Positions 38,724 through 49,730 of a DNA stretch of 64,000 nt are shown here, piece after piece. Below the pieces are notes generated by a model. That model did no database searches. It saw nothing but the letters and a program-made list of their open reading frames with translations, and was not told where the DNA came from. Each line of letters starts with the position of its first letter. Position 1 is the first letter of the stretch. The position numbers and the translations under genes were made by a program. The stretch covers positions 155,380 to 219,379 of the forward strand of contig CAVVLG010000003.1 in the NCBI GenBank assembly GCA_963749085.1, given 5' to 3'. The stretch comes from Candidatus Adlerbacteria bacterium. Lineage in GTDB: Bacteria > Patescibacteriota > Minisyncoccia > Phycocordibacterales > SBAW01.

Positions 38724-38951
38724 ATGAGCGAGCAGGCTAGCTCTGAGTTTGGTTGCATGTTTGTCAGATTTAACGCCGCCGAACTCGCCCACATTGATGC
38801 GTGCGCCCGACGACTGAACAATGCCCCTCGAGAAGTGGCTCTTCGCACAATCATTTGTGCGTTTGGAAAAAAATGGGATATCGATATTCCCTTCAATATT
38901 CCTTCCGAGTGTCCTGCCTTTATCCCCAATGCGGCTACGAGCCATACATAA
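38724..38951 (+). CDS. Small ribbon-helix-helix-like protein, antisense to the S10 operon
   Basis: AAGGAG SD; MFVRFNAAELAHIDACARR strand-helix-helix pattern. Confidence 0.45.
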   Translation: MSEQASSEFGCMFVRFNAAELAHIDACARRLNNAPREVALRTIICAFGKKWDIDIPFNIPSECPAFIPNAATSHT

Positions 38952-39143
38952 GAGAAGGATGCAAAAATTAGCCGCCAGTCGCAGTGTCGGAGTGGTTATT
39001 CCCGGACGTCAAAGCGGAAATTGGGTCGAGCGACTGATTCAAGCGAGCGGGGTCCCCTTCATCGCAAGCATTGAGCGTGCTGTCAGCGAGTTTGAAGCGG
39101 TTACACAATAAAAACGCCCTGGAGAAATCCAGGGTATTCTTTT

Positions 39144-39992
39144 TTATTTTCCCTTATTTCGCTTCCCGACCTTGCGACGAGAGACAATAAGATAATTGGA
39201 ATATTTTTTCGGTCGGCGCGATTTCTGACCCTTGCCGGTTGGCTTGCCCCACAACGACTTTGCGCGACGAAGCCCTCGTCCTTGACGGCCTTCACCCCCG
39301 CCGTGGGGGTGATCAACCGGATTCATCGCAGTACCGCGCACAGTCGGACGAACTCCCATCCAACGACTGCGGCCGGCTTTGCCTATGGTCACCAAATGAT
39401 GTTCGTCATTTGAAACTTCACCTATAGTTGCCCAGCATGACTCGAGTACTTTTCGTACCTCGCTTGAAGGCATCTTAAGATCAACATATCCTTGGTCGCG
39501 GGCGACAACTTCAATGTGCGTTCCTGCTGCCCGGCCGAGCTTGCCGCCTTGCCCTGGTTTGAGCTCAACGTTATAGACGAAACCACCGATAGGTACCGCC
39601 CTCAGCGGCAGACGATTGCCCGGTGTTGCCGTTGCAGATTCTGCGCTTTCGATAGTATTTCCAACCTTTATAGACTTCGGCAACAGGGCGTAGCGGCGCT
39701 CCCCGTCGCGATAGAGAAGAAGCCCGATAAAGCCGGAACGGTTTGGATCATATTCAATCGTCTCTACGCGAGCTGGCACATGTTTGTCGTACCCAAAATC
39801 AACATCTCTCCACAAACGTTTTGAACCGCCGCCCTTATGGCGCACAGTGATGCGGCCCGCGTTATTGCGACCCATGAAGCGCTTGCCGCCGTGCGTGAGC
39901 GCTTTGTGGGGCTCGCCCACGGTGAGCGTCTTCCTGAAAGAAGGCGTTGACATATGGCGACGTGATTTGGTGTATGGTCTGTAATTTTTCAT
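39144..39992 (-). CDS. rplB: 50S protein L2
   Basis: IEYDPNRS, AMNPVDHPHGGGEG. Confidence 0.98.
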   Translation of the reverse strand: MKNYRPYTKSRRHMSTPSFRKTLTVGEPHKALTHGGKRFMGRNNAGRITVRHKGGGSKRLWRDVDFGYDKHVPARVETIEYDPNRSGFIGLLLYRDGERRYALLPKSIKVGNTIESAESATATPGNRLPLRAVPIGGFVYNVELKPGQGGKLGRAAGTHIEVVARDQGYVDLKMPSSEVRKVLESCWATIGEVSNDEHHLVTIGKAGRSRWMGVRPTVRGTAMNPVDHPHGGGEGRQGRGLRRAKSLWGKPTGKGQKSRRPKKYSNYLIVSRRKVGKRNKGK

Positions 39993-40000
39993 AATTATAT

Positions 40001-40288
40001 TTAGATGAGCTCAATCGTCTCTCCTTTTTTGAGGAATACGTATGCTTTTTTGCCGCCCCCGCTGATACCTTTTCGATTAGTGCCGCGCGTGACTGTTTGT
40101 TTGTGCGGAATGCTAAGCATGGTGACCTTGCGGGGCGTTACTTTGAATATTTCATGTACCGCGCGCGCGACGTCGTGCTTGGTTGCGTCGGTGGCAACTT
40201 CAAATACGTAGCATCCGAGCTCCGATAGATATGCCCCCTTTTCGGTGATGCGCGGTGAGATAAGAATGTGGGCAGAGTGTTTTTGCAT
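40001..40288 (-). CDS. rplW: 50S protein L23
   Basis: PRITEK, KKAYV. Confidence 0.95.
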   Translation of the reverse strand: MQKHSAHILISPRITEKGAYLSELGCYVFEVATDATKHDVARAVHEIFKVTPRKVTMLSIPHKQTVTRGTNRKGISGGGKKAYVFLKKGETIELI

Positions 40289-40293
40289 ATAGT

Positions 40294-40953
40294 TCAAGCG
40301 CGGACTACTTTTTTCTTCGATAATATCTCAATTGCCGCCGCCGGATTCGCCAGAATCAGAAATTTATTGGAGAGCACCGATATCGGGTTGAGATTGCGTA
40401 CGTCAACCACTTCGACGTTGCCGAAGTTGTTGAAGCTCTTCATTGTCGGTACGTGCGCTGCGGGAAGCGCGATGAGAGCAGCATTCTTCCTTTTGTATGT
40501 GAGGCCGGCTTTGGCGAGGCCCGACAATATGCCCTTTGCTGCCTTGCTCTTGGGTTCCTGCGTTTCAATAGCATTGATTAAAATCAGCTCCCCGTCCTTG
40601 AACTTTCGGGAGAGTGCAATCAGGAGAGCTTTCTGGCGCGCCTGGCGGTTTATTTTCTTATCGTAGTTTTTCTCACTAAGCGGCCCATGCGTGACACCCC
40701 CGCCCTTCCATATCGGCGAGCGTATCGAGCCATGGCGCGCACGACCGGTGCCCTTTTGTTGCCAGGGTTTTCGACCTCCGCCGCGCACTTCTCCGCGACC
40801 TTTAGTATTCGCGGTACCCGCACGCGCGTTGCTTCGCATCGACACGACAACTTGATGCATGAGGTCGGCATTCCACGGCAAACCGAAAAGGTTCTCAGGG
40901 AGAGTCATCGTCCCCGTTTCTTTGCCCTCAGTGTTGTAAATCTTAGTTTCCAT
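40294..40953 (-). CDS. rplD: 50S protein L4
   Basis: KPWQQKGTGRARHGS. Confidence 0.98.
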   Translation of the reverse strand: METKIYNTEGKETGTMTLPENLFGLPWNADLMHQVVVSMRSNARAGTANTKGRGEVRGGGRKPWQQKGTGRARHGSIRSPIWKGGGVTHGPLSEKNYDKKINRQARQKALLIALSRKFKDGELILINAIETQEPKSKAAKGILSGLAKAGLTYKRKNAALIALPAAHVPTMKSFNNFGNVEVVDVRNLNPISVLSNKFLILANPAAAIEILSKKKVVRA

Positions 40954-40961
40954 ATACTTAG

Positions 40962-41597
40962 TTAACCTCGGATTTCAACTAACGTGCCGCGGCGGCCGGG
41001 TATGGCGCCCGCGATAACGATTTCGTTTGTTTCAGGTAATACCTGTAGCACCGGAAGATTGCGTACGGTGACGCGTTCATTTCCCATACGTCCAGCCATG
41101 CGCATGCCGCGGGCAACCCGGCCACCGGCGCGACCGCCTGAGCCACCAATGGAGCCAGGGGAGCGTTCGGAGTGTTTTTGACCATGACTACGCGGACCAC
41201 CATGAAAACCATGGCGCTTTACAACACCCTGGAAGCCTTTGCCTTTGGAGACTGCGGAGACACTTACTTTGTCGCCTTCTGCAAACATCGACACATCAAC
41301 TGAGGTACCTACTTCGACATCTTTCGGTAGAGCGCCGTCGCGCTGACGCAATTCACGGAATGAAGAAAGGGCAGTACCTTTGCCGAGCATCTTTGCGTGA
41401 CCGACTTGCGGTTTGTTGACCCGCGATTCTTTTTTTTCAAGCGCGCCAATCTGCACCGCGTTGTATCCGTCCTTCTCAGTCGTTTTTATCTGCGTCACGG
41501 TGACGGGTGGAGCGTTGATAATAGTTGCGGCATAGGCGCGGCCGTCTCCGGTGTAGACGGTCGTCATTTTGACCTTGGTGCCAAGGATGAATTTCAT
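40962..41597 (-). CDS. rplC: 50S protein L3
   Basis: SKGKGFQGVVKRH. Confidence 0.98.
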   Translation of the reverse strand: MKFILGTKVKMTTVYTGDGRAYAATIINAPPVTVTQIKTTEKDGYNAVQIGALEKKESRVNKPQVGHAKMLGKGTALSSFRELRQRDGALPKDVEVGTSVDVSMFAEGDKVSVSAVSKGKGFQGVVKRHGFHGGPRSHGQKHSERSPGSIGGSGGRAGGRVARGMRMAGRMGNERVTVRNLPVLQVLPETNEIVIAGAIPGRRGTLVEIRG

Positions 41598-41711
41598 GTT
41601 GTCTGTAGGTCCCCGAGGGGACGCGGATCAACGCTATTTCTAACGTCTCGGGCACTATAACCGAACGAGAAGTTTTATGCAAGAAAAAAATTCCCCCTTC
41701 GGGGAATTCCT

Positions 41712-42119
41712 TTAGGCCATTTTGACATCAATAGTGACGCCGGACGGCAAGCTCAAGTTCGTTAATGCTTCGATGACCTTCGGGGTCGGATCAAGAATGT
41801 CAATGAGTCGTTTGTGAACTCGCATCTCAAATTGTTCTCGTGCATCCTTGTAGATAAATGTCGAACGATTGACAGTATATTTTTTGATTTCGGTCGGAAG
41901 CGGTATAGGGCCTGCGACTTTCGCGTCATAGCGCAGGGCGGTATCGAGAATTTGCTTTATCGATGCGTCCAGCACTTTGTGCTCGTAGGCACGTACTTTG
42001 ATACGCAAACGCTGCACTGCGACTGGTGCCGCAGCTTTTTTTGTTCTTTTCGGAGCAGCCTTGGGCTTAGCCGCAGAAGCGGCAGTGGAAACTTTTTTCT
42101 CTTTCACTGCGGCTGACAT
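41712..42119 (-). CDS. rpsJ: 30S protein S10 with Lys/Ala-rich N-terminal extension
   Basis: GPIPLPT, REQFEMRVHKRLID. Confidence 0.97.
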   Translation of the reverse strand: MSAAVKEKKVSTAASAAKPKAAPKRTKKAAAPVAVQRLRIKVRAYEHKVLDASIKQILDTALRYDAKVAGPIPLPTEIKKYTVNRSTFIYKDAREQFEMRVHKRLIDILDPTPKVIEALTNLSLPSGVTIDVKMA

Positions 42120-42124
42120 CTCTT

Positions 42125-43324
42125 TTAGGCAACTATCTTGGTAACCACGCCAGCACCGACGGTCTTACCTCCTTCGCGGACTGCAAAACGCGTTTGCGCT
42201 TCAAGTGCGACGGGAGCTACAAGTTTAACTTTAAAGGTAATGGTGTCGCCGGGCATCACCATCTCAGTCCCTGCCGGAAGGGTAACCTCGCCAGTGACGT
42301 CAGTAGTGCGGACATAGAATTGCGGTTTGTAGCCGGTGAAAAACGGCGTATGTCTGCCACCCTCTTCTTTAGTGAGGATGTAAACTTCAGCCTCAAATTC
42401 GGTATGCGGAGTCACTGAACCCGGCTTTGCCAAGACTTGGCCGCGATGGATAGCCTCCTTCGCGGTACCGCGCAGGAGTATGCCCGCGTTGTCGCCCGCC
42501 TGGCCGACTTCGAGCTGCTTGTTGAACATTTCGATGCCGGTGATGGTGGTCTTGGTGGTAGGCTGAAGACCGACTATTTCAACTTCCTCTCCCACTTTTA
42601 TTTGACCGCGCTCGATGCGGCCGGTCACGACGGTACCACGGCCTTCAATGGAGAATATATCTTCAACCGGCATAAGAAACGGCTTATCGAGTTCGCGAAC
42701 TGGCATGGGGATATAGCTATCGAGAGTCTTAACGAGTTCAAGCACTTTCTGTGACCACTCAGAGGAGAGGTCTTTGCTCTCCAAAGCCTTGAGCCCTGAG
42801 CCGCGTATAACCGGCGTATTCTTGCCGTCGTAGCCTTGCTTGGTAAGGAGATCGCGGACTTCCTCCTCGACGAGATCAACGAGATCTTTATCGTCAACCA
42901 TGTCCACTTTATTGAGAAACACGACGATTTTTGGCACACCGACCTGCTTTGCGAGAAGAATGTGCTCGCGGGTCTGTGGCATCACGCCGTCGGTTGCTGC
43001 AACCACAAGAATAGCGCCATCCATCTGCGCGGCACCGGTAATCATGTTCTTGATATAGTCAGCGTGACCCGGCGCATCGATGTGCGCGTAGTGGCGATTG
43101 GGCGTCCAGTACTCGGAGTGGTGGAGTGCGATGGTAATACCGCGCGCTTTTTCCTCAGGCGCATTGTCGATGCCGTCAACACCCTCGACACGTGCGCCGT
43201 AGCCCTCTGCCTTGTCCATATCAAGCGTATGCAAAATGGCCGCGGTGAGCGTCGTCTTGCCGTGGTCAACGTGGCCGATGGTGCCGACGTTAAGGTGCGG
43301 TTTCTGTCTATCAAAATTTGCCAT
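42125..43324 (-). CDS. tuf: Elongation factor Tu
   Basis: [17 protein letters not shown]. Confidence 0.99.
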   Translation of the reverse strand: MANFDRQKPHLNVGTIGHVDHGKTTLTAAILHTLDMDKAEGYGARVEGVDGIDNAPEEKARGITIALHHSEYWTPNRHYAHIDAPGHADYIKNMITGAAQMDGAILVVAATDGVMPQTREHILLAKQVGVPKIVVFLNKVDMVDDKDLVDLVEEEVRDLLTKQGYDGKNTPVIRGSGLKALESKDLSSEWSQKVLELVKTLDSYIPMPVRELDKPFLMPVEDIFSIEGRGTVVTGRIERGQIKVGEEVEIVGLQPTTKTTITGIEMFNKQLEVGQAGDNAGILLRGTAKEAIHRGQVLAKPGSVTPHTEFEAEVYILTKEEGGRHTPFFTGYKPQFYVRTTDVTGEVTLPAGTEMVMPGDTITFKVKLVAPVALEAQTRFAVREGGKTVGAGVVTKIVA

Positions 43325-43446
43325 AAATAATAACTATACTAACGGATAATAATTTTAGAGCACACTAAAGCACGCCCTGTTGCGTTAGTGGGTATACTAG
43401 CAAAGTCCGAAAAAAGTGCAACCCCTGTGTATAAAAGTCCTGTAGC

Positions 43447-45597
43447 TTATTTCCTTCCGGCTATGATGGTTGCCGCCACGTTCGGTGGGACGACTTCATA
43501 GTGGTCAAACTCCATAGTGAAACTAGCCCGACCTTCAGTCATTGAGCGGAGCGATGTAGTGTAACCGAACATTTCAGAGAGCGGCACTTTGGCTCTAATA
43601 GCACGGGCAAGACCGCGTTCTTCCATTCCTTCAATCTGCCCGCGCTTAGAATTGAGACTACCGGTAATATCACCCATGAATTTCTCAGGCACGACGACTT
43701 CCACTTTCATTATTGGCTCAAGCAAGACTGGTTTTGCCATTTTTGCCGCGTCTTGAAAGCCCATAGATGCCGCTATTTTAAACGCAATCTCACTGGAGTC
43801 AACGTCGTGATAGGAACCATCGTACAGCTCGACTGAGATATCAACCAATTTAAAGCCCGCGACGATACCGCGCTCCATGGCCTCGCGCACTCCCTTCTCG
43901 ACTGCAGGGATATATTCCTGCGGCACGACACCGCCCTTGATGTTGTTGACGAACTCAAAATGATCCTCACGCGTGGTGTTTTTGGACACTTTTTTCCCCT
44001 CCACGACCGGTTCGAGCGGTTTGATGCGCAAGCGCACATCGCCGTACTGGCCGCGACCACCGGTCTGCTTGATATATTTTCCTTCCGCTTCAGCGCTCCG
44101 CGTTATCGTCTCACGATATGCGACCTGTGGTTTGCCCACATTAGCTTCAACACCAAACTCCCTCTTCATGCGGTCAACCAAGATCTCAAGATGGAGCTCG
44201 CCCATGCCTGAGATAAGCGTCTCCATGGTCTCAGAGTCGGTTGAGACTTTAAACGTAGGGTCTTCATCGGCAAGTTTTTTCATTGCCATGCCCATTTTTT
44301 CCTGATCGGCCTTTGTTTTCGGTTCAATGCGCAGACTAATGACGGGCTCGGGGAATTTAATTTGCTCGAGGATTATCGGATGAGCTTCATCACAAAGGGT
44401 ATGGGACGTTTTGGTGTCCTTGAGGCCCACCGCGGCGGCAATTTCGCCTGCGAACACTTTTTTCACTTCTTCGCGCTGGTTGGCCTGCAGGCGTACGATG
44501 CGACCCAAACGCTCCTTGCTTCCGGTCGTTGAGTTATATAAATAGGAGCCGGATTCGATAGTACCCGAATAGACACGGAAGAATGTAAGCTGGCCCACAA
44601 AAGGGTCGGCTTGCAATTTAAAGGCGAGCGCGCAGAACGGCTCCTCATCGCTGGCGTGCCGTTCAACCTCCTCCCCCGTTTTGGGATTGATACCTTTGAC
44701 CGGCGGCATATCCAAGGGCGACGGCAAATAGTCGACGACTGCATCGAGCACCAACTGCACGCCTTTGTTTTTGAGCGCTGAGCCGGTATAGACCGGGAAA
44801 ATCTTATTGGCGATGACTGCTTTGCGAAGCGTAGTTTTCAATTGCTCCATAGTCGGCTCTTTACCGTCAAGATAACTGGTCATTAATGCATCGTCGTGCT
44901 CAACAATTTTCTCGATGAGCTGCGCGCGATACATATTTGCGTCGGAGCGATGATTCTCGGGAATCTCCATCTCAATCACTTCCTTGCCCATCTCGCCTTC
45001 GAAGGTATACGCTTTCATTTTCAGAAGATCGATGACGCCTTCAAACCCTTCTTCGGCTCCGATAGGTAGCTGCATACGCACCGCGTATTTGGTAAGCCTA
45101 TCGAGAATACTCTGGAACGATTTTTCAAATGACGCTCCCATACGGTCAAGCTTGTTGATGAAACATATGCGCGGCACATTGGCCTCATCGGCATAGCGCC
45201 AGTTGGTTTCGCTCTGGGGTTCCACGCCCGCCACACCGTCAAACACGACGATAGCACCATCCAGGACGCGCATGGAGCGCTTCACTTCGACCGTGAAGTC
45301 GATATGACCCGGAGTATCAATAATATTGAAGCGATATTTCTTGGCGATATCTTTTTTATCCGGCTCATCTGTCTTAGTCCAAAAGCACGTTATAGCGGCG
45401 GCGGTTATCGTGATACCACGCTCGCGTTCCTGCTCCATCCAGTCGGTGGTAGTCTCTCCTTCGTGCACCTCCCCTATCTTGTGTTGGGCGCCGGTGTAAT
45501 ACAGCACCCGTTCGGACGTGGTAGTCTTGCCCGCATCAATGTGCGCGATGATACCAAAATTTCGTACTTTTTCGAGTGGATAATCCCGTTGTGGCAT
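43447..45597 (-). CDS. fusA: Elongation factor G
   Basis: [21 protein letters not shown]. Confidence 0.99.
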   Translation of the reverse strand: MPQRDYPLEKVRNFGIIAHIDAGKTTTSERVLYYTGAQHKIGEVHEGETTTDWMEQERERGITITAAAITCFWTKTDEPDKKDIAKKYRFNIIDTPGHIDFTVEVKRSMRVLDGAIVVFDGVAGVEPQSETNWRYADEANVPRICFINKLDRMGASFEKSFQSILDRLTKYAVRMQLPIGAEEGFEGVIDLLKMKAYTFEGEMGKEVIEMEIPENHRSDANMYRAQLIEKIVEHDDALMTSYLDGKEPTMEQLKTTLRKAVIANKIFPVYTGSALKNKGVQLVLDAVVDYLPSPLDMPPVKGINPKTGEEVERHASDEEPFCALAFKLQADPFVGQLTFFRVYSGTIESGSYLYNSTTGSKERLGRIVRLQANQREEVKKVFAGEIAAAVGLKDTKTSHTLCDEAHPIILEQIKFPEPVISLRIEPKTKADQEKMGMAMKKLADEDPTFKVSTDSETMETLISGMGELHLEILVDRMKREFGVEANVGKPQVAYRETITRSAEAEGKYIKQTGGRGQYGDVRLRIKPLEPVVEGKKVSKNTTREDHFEFVNNIKGGVVPQEYIPAVEKGVREAMERGIVAGFKLVDISVELYDGSYHDVDSSEIAFKIAASMGFQDAAKMAKPVLLEPIMKVEVVVPEKFMGDITGSLNSKRGQIEGMEERGLARAIRAKVPLSEMFGYTTSLRSMTEGRASFTMEFDHYEVVPPNVAATIIAGRK

Positions 45598-45654
45598 AAA
45601 AATAAAACGCCCAAGGCGTAGTCGACAGAATAGCAGAAAGTATGAAAAAGAAAA

Positions 45655-46004
45655 GGCCCGCAGAAACGGGCCGAGGCAGGTGGATCGTACTCAGGCGGCA
45701 TCTGATTGAGCAGTCTGCGCCAACTGGCGAGTACCTCTTCATCTACCTTTAAGCAAGGTAAGAATTCCCTTGCCAGTTGATATTGCTCAATGAACTCGAG
45801 CACCAAACTTTGAGCATAGGGGCTTTGACCAACAAAAAGAAATGGCCTGGCTTTGCGCCAAGCATAAAAGAGCTCTTTGGCCCTTTCATAACGTTCCGTT
45901 GCTTTCTCGTAGCGTGTAAACTGTCGACTATCTCGCAACGCGCCGCTAATAGCCCCTGCGAGAAAAATTGACAGCGCTATCTCAACTGCCAGAATCATGC
46001 TCAT
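45655..46004 (-). CDS. Hypothetical membrane-anchored protein between rpsG and fusA (3' end uncertain)
   Basis: AAGGAG SD, N-terminal TM; frame runs through a terminator-like hairpin into fusA. Confidence 0.45.
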
Positions 46005-46104
46005 GGCATACTCCTTAGTTCTGACTTCAAACTTCTATGAACAGTTTACAAAGAAATATGCAAAAAGAAAAGCAAAAATGAATGGTAGTTCCAAGAACTT
46101 CAAA

Positions 46105-46575
46105 TTACCACGCGAAATGGGCAAATGCTTTGTTGGCTTCGGCCATGCGATGTGTGTCTTCGCGTTTTTTGACTGCCGAACCTTCGTTGCTTGAAGCCGA
46201 GATTATTTCTGCCGCAAGTTTTTGTGCCATGGGCTTACCCTTGCCGCCCCGCGCGGCAATTAGGATCCAGCGAAAGGCCAACGCCTGCTTGCGCTCGGGG
46301 CGCACTTCGCGCGGCACCTGGTAGTTTGCACCGCCGACTCGGCGCGAACGTATCTCCATTGCGGGACCGACATTGCGAACAGCGGTTTCAAAAAGTTCTA
46401 TCGGATTTTCCGCCTTTGTTTTTTCTTTGATGATGTCAAACGCATCGTAGACCACCTTGCGCGCAGTCGACTTCTTGCCGTCCCACATGACCGAGTTTAT
46501 GAATTTCTCCACGCGAACAGAGTTATATCTCAAATCGGGACCGACTATGTTTCTGTTTTTTACTGGGCGTCGCAT
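46105..46575 (-). CDS. rpsG: 30S protein S7
   Basis: [19 protein letters not shown]. Confidence 0.98.
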   Translation of the reverse strand: MRRPVKNRNIVGPDLRYNSVRVEKFINSVMWDGKKSTARKVVYDAFDIIKEKTKAENPIELFETAVRNVGPAMEIRSRRVGGANYQVPREVRPERKQALAFRWILIAARGGKGKPMAQKLAAEIISASSNEGSAVKKREDTHRMAEANKAFAHFAW

Positions 46576-46577
46576 AC

Positions 46578-46985
46578 TTATTTCTTTTTCTTCACTCCAT
46601 AGCGGCTGCGCGACACATTGCGCTTCTCAACCGGAGCGGCGTCCAGGCGTCCACGCACGACTTGATAGCGTACGTTGATGTCCTTCACGCGCCCTGCGCG
46701 TACCATAACGACTGAATGTTCCTGAAGATTGTGGCCTTCGCCGGGGATATAGGCGGTGATTTCCTGCCCGTTGGTAAGGCGAACACGAGCAATTTTGCGG
46801 ATAGCGGAGTTCGGTTTTCGGGGCGTTACAGTCGTCACCTTGGTGCATACGCCGCGCTTAAAGGGAGAGGGGTAATAGACGGGGCGATTCTTAAGTACGT
46901 TGAAACCGCGCGTCAATGCCGGTGAGCGGTCTTTGTGAATTCTGTCTTTGCGTCCTTTGCGGACGAGTTGTGAAATGCGTGCCAT
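46578..46985 (-). CDS. rpsL: 30S protein S12
   Basis: [20 protein letters not shown]. Confidence 0.98.
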   Translation of the reverse strand: MARISQLVRKGRKDRIHKDRSPALTRGFNVLKNRPVYYPSPFKRGVCTKVTTVTPRKPNSAIRKIARVRLTNGQEITAYIPGEGHNLQEHSVVMVRAGRVKDINVRYQVVRGRLDAAPVEKRNVSRSRYGVKKKK

Positions 46986-47026
46986 TGGAATTAAAAACGC
47001 GCCCTGCGCGCTGCAGCTAATCTATC

Positions 47027-47662
47027 TTAAAAAGATACTCCTGTCAAAAGCTGAAAAAGTGAGGAGAGGAGGGCCTCAAAATAGGGGGCCAGCAAATAGA
47101 GAACTATTATATAAAGGAGGATACCCGAGAGGAACCCGAGGTGCTCAAAGCTGTTTTTAAAATCATTCCAGCTTTGTGCGAGGCGGCGCGAAAATATAGT
47201 GAAGATGCCGCCGAGCACCTTGGAGCCGTCCAGAAACGGCAGCGGCAACAAGTTAAACATGGCTAGAAGCATATTGATGTACGTTATCGTCGCGAACGCA
47301 TCGATGAGCGGTGTCTCGGGGCCTCCGATAAAGCGAATAGCGAGTCCGAAAATAACGGCGAGCAGGATATTTGTGGCGGGTCCAGCCCCCGCAACCAAGG
47401 CCTCATCATATTCCCCCGGCAAATTGTACGGGTTATATGGCACCGGCTTGGCGTAGCCGATGAGAATCGGCGAGTGCGTAAAAACCAAAATCACCGGCAA
47501 TAAAACGGAGCCTATCGGATCTATGTGAGAGATTGGATTGAGGGTAAGTCTTCCCGCCAGACGCGCGGTTGGATCGCCGAGATAGTTGGCCATATAGCCG
47601 TGCGCTACTTCGTGCAAAATAACGGAGACGATGAGAATGATGAGGGAGAATATGAGAGCCAT
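47027..47662 (-). CDS. Site-2 protease (M50)
   Basis: HEVAH, AGP, NLLPLPFLDG. Confidence 0.93.
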   Translation of the reverse strand: MALIFSLIILIVSVILHEVAHGYMANYLGDPTARLAGRLTLNPISHIDPIGSVLLPVILVFTHSPILIGYAKPVPYNPYNLPGEYDEALVAGAGPATNILLAVIFGLAIRFIGGPETPLIDAFATITYINMLLAMFNLLPLPFLDGSKVLGGIFTIFSRRLAQSWNDFKNSFEHLGFLSGILLYIIVLYLLAPYFEALLSSLFQLLTGVSF

Positions 47663-47721
47663 AGGCCAATTGGCGGATTCAGCAATGTATGATAGCATAT
47701 CGAGGTTCAAAAAAATTCTCT

Positions 47722-47964
47722 ATGGCAAAGATTTGTCCAATAACCAACAAGGGCTCAAAAGTCGCCGGCCGCTACAGTAACCGCGTGCGCGCGACTAAAT
47801 TCAACCCGAGCGGCAATGTCCGTAAACAACCTAACCTTCAGAAAAAGCGCATCTTCGTGCCAGAGCTTAACCGCCATGTCACGCTGACGCTCTCCACCCA
47901 GGGCATCAAGACGATAGCCAAGAACGGCGCGTATAAGACGCTGAAGAAAGCTGGCGTTATTTAA
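47722..47964 (+). CDS. rpmB: 50S protein L28
   Basis: MAKICPIT, PNLQKKR. Confidence 0.9.
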   Translation: MAKICPITNKGSKVAGRYSNRVRATKFNPSGNVRKQPNLQKKRIFVPELNRHVTLTLSTQGIKTIAKNGAYKTLKKAGVI

Positions 47965-48022
47965 TCTCGTAAAAAAGACCGCCCCCAATTGGAGGCGGTT
48001 GTTACACGCAGATTTATCCGCT

Positions 48023-48133
48023 TCACTCTGCGGTAGAAACGCGGATGTCTTTATCTCGCTCCTTGTAGTTGACCAGCCGATAGATAAGACAAGCGATAGC
48101 CGCGACGACGAGTACGACGAGAATTGTTTTCAT
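48023..48133 (-). CDS. 36-aa single-TM peptide
   Basis: MKTILVVLVVAAIACLIYRL..., AAGGGG SD; translated by hand. Confidence 0.45.
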   Translation of the reverse strand: MKTILVVLVVAAIACLIYRLVNYKERDKDIRVSTAE

Positions 48134-48166
48134 GACAGTATCCCCTTTGAGGCTAAGGTGGAAGCA

Positions 48167-48304
48167 TCATCTGCGAGTGAATGCGGCGACCGGGAAGAGC
48201 CATTGGCGAATGGCCACCCGGTACGCGTAGATGAACACAGCTCCTGCACCCCCCGCGAACAGAAGAAGCTTTGAGATTTCGTGCATGTGGTGATGAACAC
48301 CCAT
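48167..48304 (-). CDS. 45-aa His-rich single-TM peptide
   Basis: MGVHHHMHEISKLLLFAGGAGAVFIY..., AGGAGG SD; translated by hand. Confidence 0.5.
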   Translation of the reverse strand: MGVHHHMHEISKLLLFAGGAGAVFIYAYRVAIRQWLFPVAAFTRR

Positions 48305-48448
48305 GACATTTCCTCCTGCGTTTTCTTTCTTTCAATTTCCGAGGCTATGGTAACAAAAATAAGCTAAACAATCAATAAAAGAGCGGGCGTGGAGTTTACA
48401 TCATAAAAAAAGACCCCGAGGATAAGCCGGGGTCTTCTGCTTGGAAAA

Positions 48449-48784
48449 TCACGTTAGGTGTGACGCCGACTTCATGGTATTGATTGGCTGTTTCGGGGAC
48501 GGATCAACTAGCAGTCTCGACTTGCCGACCACAGCGGCGTTTAGAGGCTGCTTGTTGCCCTTGAGCGACCGATTCACTTCTTGGGCTGGAGCCTGTTGAA
48601 TGAAAACCGGGGCCGACGTGCCCATGAACTTCCAACCGAACACCACTGCGCCCGCAGCTACTTGCCTCACCTGCATTAGCAGCAAGTTCTCGAGCACTTT
48701 CGGAGCAACGACCAGAACCGATGCTATTGCGGCTGAGATGACAACCGCCATTACACCGCGACGAACCATACTTGCATTCCACAT
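48449..48784 (-). CDS. Hypothetical membrane-anchored protein
   Basis: GGGAGG SD, TM segment, VNRSLKG motif, terminator at ~48410-48437. Confidence 0.55.
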   Translation of the reverse strand: MWNASMVRRGVMAVVISAAIASVLVVAPKVLENLLLMQVRQVAAGAVVFGWKFMGTSAPVFIQQAPAQEVNRSLKGNKQPLNAAVVGKSRLLVDPSPKQPINTMKSASHLT

Positions 48785-48902
48785 TGTGAGCCCTCCCAAG
48801 GCTTACTTTATCTTTCAAGAGTATGGCACAAATATGGTAAATTGCAAGCAGCCTGTGTATTCACGAAATATTTCCTTATTAATGTTAGTATTTTAGATAG
48901 CT

Positions 48903-49496
48903 ATGGAATACCAAGAAAAAAAGTTTTTGCTGCCCGAGCTTGAGGGCATTTCAAAAAAGTCGGTTGAGGAGCATTTGGGACTCTATGCGGGGTACGTCAA
49001 AAATTTCAACGCGATAAGTGCGACTATTGAGGGTCTTTTGTCCGATCCGGAGAAGAACGCACTTGCGATAGCGGAACTGCGGCGCCGACATTCCTTTGAA
49101 TTCGACGGGATGAAACTCCACGAGTTGTATTTCCCTCAATTTGAGGGGGGCGCCAAGGCGCTTACCGCAGATTCCGCACTGGGAGCGGCCCTTATCAAGC
49201 ACTGGGACAACACTCAGACAGCAACAGAGCGCCTGTGGCAGACTGGCATGATGCGTGGACCCGGCTGGTCAATTCTCTACTACAATCCTGAAAACGGCAT
49301 GTTCCATATGGGATTCGTGGGCGAGCAGCACCAGGGGCATTTTGCAACCTTGCCCATCATAGTGGCGCTCGATGTGTGGGAGCACGCCTTTTTGCTCGAT
49401 TACGGGGCTCAGGGCAAGGGTAAATACATAGACGCTTTCTTCAAAAACCTCAATTGGGGATCGATCGAGGCTCGGTTTGAGGCAGTGAGGAAATAG
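48903..49496 (+). CDS. Fe/Mn superoxide dismutase family
   Basis: EEHLGLY, LHELYF, LDVWEHA. Confidence 0.9.
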   Translation: MEYQEKKFLLPELEGISKKSVEEHLGLYAGYVKNFNAISATIEGLLSDPEKNALAIAELRRRHSFEFDGMKLHELYFPQFEGGAKALTADSALGAALIKHWDNTQTATERLWQTGMMRGPGWSILYYNPENGMFHMGFVGEQHQGHFATLPIIVALDVWEHAFLLDYGAQGKGKYIDAFFKNLNWGSIEARFEAVRK

Positions 49497-49730
49497 AAGA
49501 GTTACTCCTCGGCTAGAAGTGGCGTCGGAGACTTTTTTCGCTCACGGAGAATTTTACTGCACAGTTGTTGTCGCCACTTCAGTCGTAGACGAAGCAGGTT
49601 GTGTTTGACTTTGTGTAATAGCCTCAACGATAACCGCGCGGGTTGAGGTGCCTTATGAAGCTTCCGGGTCACTAGGGTATTTTCTAAAATGAGACAAATA
49701 AGACGATCCAGCGTGTCTTATAAGCATGTC

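Noticed and set aside
49553-49650. Ser/Thr-rich coding-like fragment after the SOD gene
   Set aside because: No start codon or recognisable family; probably a decayed 3' gene remnant.
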